Below, piece after piece: positions 17,127 to 24,357 of a DNA stretch of 31,443 nt. The notes under the pieces are model-generated. The model made no database searches and was not told the origin of the DNA. It saw only the letters and a program-made list of their open reading frames with translations. The stretch is from IMG/VR virus record IMGVR_UViG_3300043443_000305, positions 1 to 31,443 of that record; one strand, given 5' to 3'. Position 1 is the first letter of the stretch; every line of letters begins with the position of its first letter. Source of the DNA: a virus (lineage: Duplodnaviria > Caudoviricetes). The position numbers and the translations under genes are program-made.

Positions 17127-17888
17127 ATGGCACAGAAAGGTTTTGAATACGAAAATAATGCTTATAAGGCATTACAGAAATACAAAATTTCTACGGGAGG
17201 CACTGCCGGCGCAAGCCATGATAAACCCGACTTGACCATCCAGCGAAATAAAAAAACTAGCGGCGTTGAATTAAAGAACAAACCTACTGCCGCTGGTAGC
17301 CTCGTATTACAATACGATGCAGATAGCCAAAAGTGGAACTTCGGTCCTACAGACGGAAATCCAGAAAAAGAATTCTTAAAGAGTGTCGGTGATGGGGTTA
17401 AGATTTTAGATAGATTGAACAAAGAATGGAAGAATCCTGCACTACGTTATGTAGAAGGTAAGAAAACTTTTCAAGGTTATAGTAACTACAAAAGAGCATA
17501 TGCATACGACTTAGCGACTTTCGGTAATATGTACGTTGATGTTCCTAATAAAACTATTGCAGATTACTACAACAGCAAGAGTTGCTACTATCTAAACGTG
17601 GGTTCTCACGGTTTGTTTATGTTAAACTCGTCAGATCCGTTAAAGTTGAACTCTGCTCTTAAGGAAGCAAAGTTACAACCGATTCCAAACTTTTCTTCTA
17701 ACACATCAGCAACGACTCAGATTCGCGTAAGAGTACAAGACAAGTCTGGAAGTTATCAGTTTGCCTTTACGTTACAGTTTAAAGGTGTTTCGAAATCACC
17801 GTATAACCTAGCACCATTACGCTCTGGTAGCACACATCTTATTGATACAACAGCGTTGAGCAAGAATCCTATATTAAGAATATTCTAG
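17127..17888 (+). CDS. putative PD-(D/E)xK superfamily nuclease
   Basis: N-terminal GFEYE helix followed by KPDLTI...GVELK (PD-x-ExK); YY..K..YY motif; basic protein. Confidence 0.6.
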   Translation: MAQKGFEYENNAYKALQKYKISTGGTAGASHDKPDLTIQRNKKTSGVELKNKPTAAGSLVLQYDADSQKWNFGPTDGNPEKEFLKSVGDGVKILDRLNKEWKNPALRYVEGKKTFQGYSNYKRAYAYDLATFGNMYVDVPNKTIADYYNSKSCYYLNVGSHGLFMLNSSDPLKLNSALKEAKLQPIPNFSSNTSATTQIRVRVQDKSGSYQFAFTLQFKGVSKSPYNLAPLRSGSTHLIDTTALSKNPILRIF

Positions 17889-17895
17889 GAGTTTT

Positions 17896-18828
17896 ATGAC
17901 TGTACTTGTGACTGGTGGATTGGGCTTCATTGGCTCAAATTTTGTTATTCGTCATCTTGAAAAGTATCCTGATGAGCGAGTAGTTGTTGTAGATAATGAA
18001 TCTTATGCTGCTTCTAGGACAAACTTGTCTTGTGTTGCAGATAAGGTAATCGTGCACAAAGTTGATATTGCCGATAAAGATAAAATGAATAAGGTGATGG
18101 CAAAGTATATGCCGCATATCATCTACAACTTTGCGGCTGAATCTCATGTCGATAACTCTATCGCAGATGACTCGGTATTCTATCAAACTAACGTGATGGG
18201 GACATTGAATCTTCTTCACCTAGTAAAAGAATATCAAATCAAGTTGCTTCATGTATCAACAGATGAGGTGTATGGTTCGCTCAAACTGGACGACGAACCT
18301 TTTACTGAGGCTACTCCATATAACCCGTTGAATCCATACTCCGCAAGTAAAGCGGCATCTGACCATATGGTTAGGGCATACGTCAACACGCATAAAATTA
18401 AAGCAGTGGTGACTAATTGCTCGAACAATTACGGTCCTCGCCAGCACGCAGAAAAATTTATCCCTACTATTATTCGCAAAGCCAAAGCAAACGAATGCAT
18501 TCCTATTTACGGAAACGGTTACAATATTCGAGATTGGCTTTACGTTGATGACCACAGCGATGCTCTTATGCGTATCGGAGAAGCGTTTGTCTATGGCGAA
18601 AGATACAATATTGGAGGTCACAACGAACTCCGTAATCTGAACATGGCATGGTTCATTTTAGATCTTATGGGCAAGCCTCGCAGCCTAATTGAGTTCGTCA
18701 AAGACCGTCCCGGGCATGACGCTAGATATGCTATATCCACTAAGAAAATTCAAAAAGAACTTAAGTGGCGTCCTGCTATATCTCTTGAACTTGGAATGAA
18801 GAAAACTTTGGAGTGGTACAATGCGTAA
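17896..18828 (+). CDS. rmlB: dTDP-glucose 4,6-dehydratase
   Basis: TGGLGFIGSNF, FAAESHVDNSI, HVSTDEVYGSL, PYSASKA, CSNNYGP.Q..EKFIP, RDWLYV.DH, DRPGHD.RYA; AGGAG RBS. Confidence 0.96.
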   Translation: MTVLVTGGLGFIGSNFVIRHLEKYPDERVVVVDNESYAASRTNLSCVADKVIVHKVDIADKDKMNKVMAKYMPHIIYNFAAESHVDNSIADDSVFYQTNVMGTLNLLHLVKEYQIKLLHVSTDEVYGSLKLDDEPFTEATPYNPLNPYSASKAASDHMVRAYVNTHKIKAVVTNCSNNYGPRQHAEKFIPTIIRKAKANECIPIYGNGYNIRDWLYVDDHSDALMRIGEAFVYGERYNIGGHNELRNLNMAWFILDLMGKPRSLIEFVKDRPGHDARYAISTKKIQKELKWRPAISLELGMKKTLEWYNA

Positions 18829-19693
18829 AGGTATCGTTTTATCTGGCGGTTTAGGAACCAGACTCTATCCCTGCACAGAAGTTATTTCAAAGCAGCTGCT
18901 TCCTGTGTACGATAAGCCATTGATTTATTATCCTATCTCTACGCTGATGATGGCTGGCATTAGCGATATTATGGTCATCACTAACCCAGAAAACAACTAT
19001 CAATTTCAGACGTTGTTACGAGACGGTTCTCAGTGGGGCATTAACATTTGCTATGCTACCCAAAAAGAGCCAAAGGGTATTGCGGATGCTCTGCTAATTG
19101 CCCAAGGATTTATTGGTAAGGATGACTTTGCTCTAATCCTTGGAGATAACATCTACTATGGTAATGACTTGATGACTAAACTTCAAGTTGCTTCTGATGA
19201 CGTTACTATGAATACCCTATTCGCATATCGCGTAGCAGACCCTGAGCGATTTGGTGTACTTGAAACGGTCAACGGTAATCCCGTTCGTATTCATGAAAAG
19301 CCTACAACGCACGTTTCTAACTATGCGGTTACAGGTCTATATTTCTATCAAAATAAAGCGTTGCAATATGCTAGGGAACTCAAACCTTCTGCTCGTGGCG
19401 AACTAGAAATCACTGACCTCAACAATGTGTTGTTGCAAAACAAAGAGCCTATGTGGATTGAGTACATGAATCGTGGTATTGCTTGGATTGATACCGGAAC
19501 CTTTGAATCTCTTGCTGATGCTTCTACGTTCGTCGGTTCAGTACAAAAGCGAACAGGTACAATGATATGCTGTCCAGAAGAAATTGCATACAAGAATACT
19601 TGGATTAGCAAAGAAGAACTTCTTGATGCAGCGCATAGATACGCTAAGTCTGATTATGGTACATACTTGAGGAAGATAGCAGATGAATCTTAA
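18821..19693 (+). CDS. rmlA: glucose-1-phosphate thymidylyltransferase
   Basis: KGIVLSGGLGTRLYP, SKQLLPVYDKP, LILGDN, EKP, AVTGLYFY, PSARGELEITD, W.DTGT. Confidence 0.97.
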   Translation: MRKGIVLSGGLGTRLYPCTEVISKQLLPVYDKPLIYYPISTLMMAGISDIMVITNPENNYQFQTLLRDGSQWGINICYATQKEPKGIADALLIAQGFIGKDDFALILGDNIYYGNDLMTKLQVASDDVTMNTLFAYRVADPERFGVLETVNGNPVRIHEKPTTHVSNYAVTGLYFYQNKALQYARELKPSARGELEITDLNNVLLQNKEPMWIEYMNRGIAWIDTGTFESLADASTFVGSVQKRTGTMICCPEEIAYKNTWISKEELLDAAHRYAKSDYGTYLRKIADES

Positions 19694-20213
19694 AATTGCC
19701 CAATACGTCGATATTAAGTATTTCCACGATGACCGTGGTTACTTCTGCGAGACATTAAATCTATCTAAGCCACCATTTAATGAACTGACTTATATCCAAA
19801 GCAATATGTCAGTTAACAACAATGATGTGTTGCGAGGAATGCACTATCAGCATAAGTTCCCCCAAGGTAAGTTTTGCTATGCAGTATCTGGAGCAGCATA
19901 CGATTTTGTAATTGACTTGCGACAAAGTTCTCCAGACTTTTTAACTTGCCGCACTTTTTACCTTGAGCCAAAGGGACCAGCCGTTTGGGTTCCTCCTGGT
20001 TATGCTCACGGGTTTTTGTCTTGCCGAGATAACACAATATTTTCTTATCACGTTTTTGGAAATCCGTGGGTAGCAAGCGATGAACATTCTATCAACCCGT
20101 TGTCTGTACCTGATATTAAGCAACTGGTAGACAACAAAATATATTTGCGTATTTCACCAAAGGATATTGCTGGCTATGACTATGCTGCATCAAGTTGTCC
20201 CGTCTATGAGTAA
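19683..20213 (+). CDS. rmlC: dTDP-4-dehydrorhamnose 3,5-epimerase
   Basis: DDRGYF.E, Q.N.S, VLRGMHYQ, QGK, DLR..SP.F, VPPGYAHGF. Confidence 0.94.
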   Translation: MNLKIAQYVDIKYFHDDRGYFCETLNLSKPPFNELTYIQSNMSVNNNDVLRGMHYQHKFPQGKFCYAVSGAAYDFVIDLRQSSPDFLTCRTFYLEPKGPAVWVPPGYAHGFLSCRDNTIFSYHVFGNPWVASDEHSINPLSVPDIKQLVDNKIYLRISPKDIAGYDYAASSCPVYE

Positions 20214-21042
20214 AAGAATCGCCGTTTTTGGCTCCAACGGTCAAATTGGTAGCCACATGATTGACTTGCTGCAAGCAGGCAGTCACTACATGTACTTCGG
20301 GTTCAATAGCACTAACATAGACTATAGCAACCCCCAAGAAGTGCATCGTTGTATTGATATGTTCGAACCAGATGTTATCGTCAATTGCGTTGCATACACT
20401 AATGTTGCTGGCGCAGAAGAAAAAGAAAATCAGCGACTAGCATCACTGCTCAATATTCAGTTGCCTAAGAATCTTACAGATGCGGCTCGTCGGCATAATG
20501 CTCAACTCATTCACTTCTCTACTGACTATGTGTATGATGGTAAGAAGAACGAATATTTTGAGACTGATAAGATGAAACCTCTAAACAACTATGGTCTAAC
20601 TAAGAGCGTTGGCGACAAATTTGTTCTAGAATACGAACGCGCCAAGGTATTCCGAGTACAGTCTGTTTACTCTAATCGCAACAGTAATTTCTACAAAGCG
20701 ATAGTGGGTAAAGCAGAAAAGGGAGAACCCGTATCTGTAGTAGACGACCAATATACCTGCCCGATGTCTGCAGACTGGATTGCTAAGCAGGTACATAGAA
20801 CGTTGTTGATACCCAGCTATGGTCTATTTCATTTGTCTCCGAACAAGTTCTGTTCTTTCGCCGACTTTGCTGAAAGAATCATCGGTGGACGAGTTCCTTT
20901 AAAGCGGATTCGCTACAAAGAACTAGACAGTCCGGTACAGCGTCCACTAGTGACAATTTTAAACCATGAGAAGTTTAACCATGCATTTTTCCCCATCACA
21001 GATTCTTGGGAAGATGTGTACGAAGATTTTCTAATTAACTAA
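20206..21042 (+). CDS. rmlD: dTDP-4-dehydrorhamnose reductase
   Basis: GSNGQIG, VNCVAYTNV..AE, HFSTDYVYDG, P.N.YG.TK, VV.DQ, RP; start placed at ATG 20206. Confidence 0.94.
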   Translation: MSKRIAVFGSNGQIGSHMIDLLQAGSHYMYFGFNSTNIDYSNPQEVHRCIDMFEPDVIVNCVAYTNVAGAEEKENQRLASLLNIQLPKNLTDAARRHNAQLIHFSTDYVYDGKKNEYFETDKMKPLNNYGLTKSVGDKFVLEYERAKVFRVQSVYSNRNSNFYKAIVGKAEKGEPVSVVDDQYTCPMSADWIAKQVHRTLLIPSYGLFHLSPNKFCSFADFAERIIGGRVPLKRIRYKELDSPVQRPLVTILNHEKFNHAFFPITDSWEDVYEDFLIN

Positions 21043-21045
21043 ATA
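21039..21045 (+). promoter_or_regulatory. T4-like late promoter variant CTAAATA
   Basis: aaCTAAATA overlapping the rmlD stop, 31 nt before the next ATG (same spacing as the TATAAATA site at 17088). Confidence 0.65.
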
Positions 21046-21076
21046 ATATACTATCCCGCAGAGTGGAAACGTATTA

Positions 21077-22234
21077 ATGCTTAAATTTACGCAGTTTATT
21101 GTCGAGTCTCTCGAAACAGAAAAACTAACTCACCTCGAGCACGCAGAAGACCATCACGTCAATGCAGACGCTGCTGGTTTTAATCACGCAGTCAAGACTC
21201 TAGAAGCAGTACATCACAAACTATCTGGCAAAGAATCTAACGCAACCATCACAACCAAGTACGATGGTTCTCCTTCTATTGTCTTTGGTCATCACCCAGA
21301 GACAGGCAAGTTCTTTGTCGCATCTAAATCTGCGTTCAACAAGAACCCGAAGTTAAACTACAACGCAAAAGACGTAGACAAGAACCACGGTCACGCTCCT
21401 GGTCTTGCAGACAAACTAAAGACTGCACTCAAGCATTTACCGAAGGTTGCTCCTGGACACGGCGTCTATCAGGGCGACTTGATGTACACCAAAGACGATG
21501 TGCAAGAACACGGCGGTTCTTATCATTTCAAGCCTAATACTATCACTTACTCTTCTAAGAAAGATTCAGAAGAAGGTAAGAAGATTGGTAAGTCTAAGAT
21601 GGGCGTTGTCGTGCACACCAAGTATGAAGGAAAGAACTTCGAAGATATGAAGGCGAAGTTTGCTCCTAAGTTGGGAGGATTCTTTGAGCATAAAGATGTT
21701 CATGTAATGGATCCTCAAACAGACCACGGAAAAGCACACTACACTGCTGAGCAAAAAGACAAGTTTGAAAGCCATATTGAAAAGGCTAAGGCACTTGCCG
21801 CAAAGCACGACTATAGCCATCTAGAAGGTCATCGCGAACACGTTAAGACCTATATCAATCAAACTGTTCGTACAGGCGATAAGCCGACCGTAGAAGGTCT
21901 AAAGGCTCATATCACCAACGTCCACCAAAAGATGGCAGACAAATTAAAGACTCCTGCATCAAAGAGCAAGATCTCTGATAAGATGAACAAGACTTTGGCT
22001 CACGTGACAGCAAATGAAAAGCATTTTAAGAACACATTTGCTATCCATCACCACATACAGCAAGCCAAAGACCAACTAGTTAATGCCCTATCTTCTCACT
22101 CAACCTATGGTCATAGTATCAAAGGTAAAGCAGCAAAGCCAGAAGGTTTCGTTGCAGTGATAGATAATAAGCCGACTAAATTAGTTGATAGAGCTGAATT
22201 CAGTAGAGCCAACTTTGAGGCAAGACCACGATGA
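21077..22234 (+). CDS. conserved T4-like protein (DUF6267-like) with ATP-dependent ligase-type motifs and capsid-targeting-like N-terminus
   Basis: MLKFTQFIVE N-terminus; HLEH.ED, TKYDGSP (KxDG), YQGDL, EGFV and KLVDR.EFS; family name from memory. Confidence 0.7.
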   Translation: MLKFTQFIVESLETEKLTHLEHAEDHHVNADAAGFNHAVKTLEAVHHKLSGKESNATITTKYDGSPSIVFGHHPETGKFFVASKSAFNKNPKLNYNAKDVDKNHGHAPGLADKLKTALKHLPKVAPGHGVYQGDLMYTKDDVQEHGGSYHFKPNTITYSSKKDSEEGKKIGKSKMGVVVHTKYEGKNFEDMKAKFAPKLGGFFEHKDVHVMDPQTDHGKAHYTAEQKDKFESHIEKAKALAAKHDYSHLEGHREHVKTYINQTVRTGDKPTVEGLKAHITNVHQKMADKLKTPASKSKISDKMNKTLAHVTANEKHFKNTFAIHHHIQQAKDQLVNALSSHSTYGHSIKGKAAKPEGFVAVIDNKPTKLVDRAEFSRANFEARPR

Positions 22235-24087
22235 AACACGCAGTCTTTACATTCGGAAGATTTAATCCGCCAACAGAAGCAGGACACGGTAAACTCGTAG
22301 ATGCCGTTAAGTCTCATGCAGAAAAGGTTAGCGGCGACCACTTTGTCTTCCCGTCTCATTCTCAAGACGCAAAAAAGAATCCTTTGTCACACGAAGACAA
22401 GGTTTCTGCTATGCACAAAGTTTTCCCGAAAACAAACGTAGTATCTGATAAACACGTTAAGACTGCGATTGATGCGCTTAAGCATATCGAAAAGAAAGGC
22501 TACACACACGCTACTATGGTAGTTGGTTCTGACCGTGTACCAGAATTTCATAAGTTGCTTAACAAGTACAACGGCAAAGAATACAATTTTAAGAAGATAC
22601 ACGTTAAGTCTGCAGGCAATCGTGACCCAGATGCAGAAGGTGCAGAAGGTATGTCTGCTTCTAAACTCCGTGGTCTAGTGAAGTCCGGCAAAAGAGACGA
22701 GTTCATTAGCCACTATTCTAATAAGAAGGTTGGTGCTGAAATTCACGATAAGGTCAAGGCAGCAATGAGCGAAGAGTCTGTCGCTCCTGTCGGTATATTC
22801 TTATTTGGCGGACCTGGAAGCGGCAAGGACTACGTTCTTACAAACATTTTTTCTAAGTTTAATCTAGTTGAAGTGCAGGCTGACCAGTTATTAAACGGCT
22901 CTGCGCTACCTATCATTGAATACAATCAAAATGTCGTAATCAACTGCTCAGCCGAAAATTCTGCACAGATAGAGCACATCAAATCTCTACTAGAAGGTTA
23001 TGAGTTTGACCATGTATACGTTTCTGTTTCTAACAAAGTCAGTCGTCAAAGAAACGAATTACGTCTAAATCCTCTAAAGGAAGACGTGAGAATCGGTAAG
23101 ATACTGAAGGCAGAAAAGTTAGCCAAGTCATTAGACGAAGTGTTCACGTTTAACAACTCAATAAACCTAACAGAATCTACAGAGATGGAAAAGATCTTCT
23201 TTGCGTCTCAAATAGAAAAACTTCTTGAACGTCTAATCAACAAGGGATTAGTATTTGAGAAGAGTCCCAGTCCAAAATCATTTAGCCAATTAAGAGAGGA
23301 AAGCAAAAATGTTCGAGTTTCTAAGAAAGTTGTTCGGAATGAAGCCGAAGAATGCGACTGTGACGGAAACTGTGCATGTGGAGGAGACTGTGGTTGTGCC
23401 TCCTGTTCAGGAAGTGCCGGTGTCTCCCCCAGTTCCTCCGGTTTCCAAGAAGAAAACGGCAGCACGGTCAAAATCCTCAACAGCCTCAAAAGCAAAGTCA
23501 AAGCCAAAAAAGGTGTAGGACCGACCGACTATGACGGTAGATTGGGAATCAATATCGGACTGATATCTGCCCCAACTACTGTCGGAGAGTCAGTTCAATA
23601 TCATCTAGAAAACAATATTTCTTTTACTAAGAACGTATATCGTCCTGGTTCAGAAATGTTCTTTGCTCTTATCAAAGAAGCCAAGAAGTTGTATGCCGAA
23701 GGAAAGTATCGTCCAGAAGACGAATACGAACTAGAAGTGTTGTCGAGCAACATCGGCGAAAAGGCAATCTATGAAGGCAAAGAAGTTCTTTTAGATTTCC
23801 CATTTGAGGTTCTAGATGAAGAAGGTTCTGACCCAACTAAGGGTCATGGTATCGGCAAACCGTTCCGTAAAGGCGGCGGCGGTGCTGTATACGTCAAGAG
23901 CGGTGATGGGGTAAAACTCGTCAACTTCAGTCAATCTGGCATGTCTAAGAAGTACAATGACCCAGGTCGTCTAAAGAGTTTTATGGCTAGACACCATTGT
24001 CTAACGAACAAAGATAAGACATCTGCATCTTATTGGGCTTGCCGTTGGCCAAGATACTTTAGTTCTGGCGGACAGCAGTGGTGGTAG
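22231..24087 (+). CDS. multidomain protein: HIGH-superfamily (cytidylyltransferase/NMNAT-like) nucleotidyltransferase + P-loop kinase-like domain + C-terminal conserved phage domains
   Basis: FGRFNPPT.AGH, KNPL, VVGSDR, SAG.RDPDAEG..GMSASKLR; then GGPGSGKD and SRQRN; C-terminal SFMARH.C..KDKTSA.YWAC. Confidence 0.8.
   Translation: MKHAVFTFGRFNPPTEAGHGKLVDAVKSHAEKVSGDHFVFPSHSQDAKKNPLSHEDKVSAMHKVFPKTNVVSDKHVKTAIDALKHIEKKGYTHATMVVGSDRVPEFHKLLNKYNGKEYNFKKIHVKSAGNRDPDAEGAEGMSASKLRGLVKSGKRDEFISHYSNKKVGAEIHDKVKAAMSEESVAPVGIFLFGGPGSGKDYVLTNIFSKFNLVEVQADQLLNGSALPIIEYNQNVVINCSAENSAQIEHIKSLLEGYEFDHVYVSVSNKVSRQRNELRLNPLKEDVRIGKILKAEKLAKSLDEVFTFNNSINLTESTEMEKIFFASQIEKLLERLINKGLVFEKSPSPKSFSQLREESKNVRVSKKVVRNEAEECDCDGNCACGGDCGCASCSGSAGVSPSSSGFQEENGSTVKILNSLKSKVKAKKGVGPTDYDGRLGINIGLISAPTTVGESVQYHLENNISFTKNVYRPGSEMFFALIKEAKKLYAEGKYRPEDEYELEVLSSNIGEKAIYEGKEVLLDFPFEVLDEEGSDPTKGHGIGKPFRKGGGGAVYVKSGDGVKLVNFSQSGMSKKYNDPGRLKSFMARHHCLTNKDKTSASYWACRWPRYFSSGGQQWW
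23309..23518 (+). CDS. nested overprinted small protein (+1 frame): amphipathic N-terminus, Pro/Val linker, Lys-rich tail
   Basis: GAGGA RBS 8 nt upstream of ATG; MFEFLRKLFG...PPVQEVPVSPPVPP...KKKTAARSKSSTASKAKSKPKKV; host frame reads as low-complexity by-product here. Confidence 0.6.
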   Translation: MFEFLRKLFGMKPKNATVTETVHVEETVVVPPVQEVPVSPPVPPVSKKKTAARSKSSTASKAKSKPKKV

Positions 24088-24356
24088 AAGATAAGCCATA
24101 TAAGCAGAAAAACCTAAATAATGGTATTATTGAGCGAACTTTTTCTAAAGACGTATTGTCTGAAGAACTAGTTTGGCACAGAGATAGAAAAGATCGTCAT
24201 GTTATCGTGGTTTCTGGAGAGGGTTGGTTACTACAGATAGATAACCAACTCCCTACAGAATTAAAAGAAGGGCACACATATCATATTCCCGCATATGTGT
24301 ATCACAGAATAAAACGCGGGAATACAGATTTGACAGTACAAATCAGAGAGACGTAA
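24078..24356 (+). CDS. small cupin-like protein
   Basis: ELVWHRD..DR...V.SGEGW.LQ.DN.LP..L..G....IP...YHRI..G..DL cupin pattern. Confidence 0.7.
   Translation: MVVEDKPYKQKNLNNGIIERTFSKDVLSEELVWHRDRKDRHVIVVSGEGWLLQIDNQLPTELKEGHTYHIPAYVYHRIKRGNTDLTVQIRET
24114..24120 (+). promoter_or_regulatory. possible late promoter CTAAATA upstream of the 1199-aa gene
   Basis: acCTAAATA inside the cupin CDS; may be incidental. Confidence 0.35.
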
Positions 24357-24357
24357 C

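Noticed and set aside
4353-21042. Interpreting the window as a bacterial O-antigen locus or prophage-host junction
   Set aside because: The sugar genes are interleaved and translationally coupled with T4-like genes and promoters; no wzx/wzy/ABC exporter or host housekeeping genes are present
23353-23406. Metallothionein-like Cys cluster CDCDGNCACGGDCGCASC in the 618-aa protein
   Set aside because: Better explained as the off-frame reading of Val/Ala codons of the nested ORF 23309-23518; not called as a metal-binding domain
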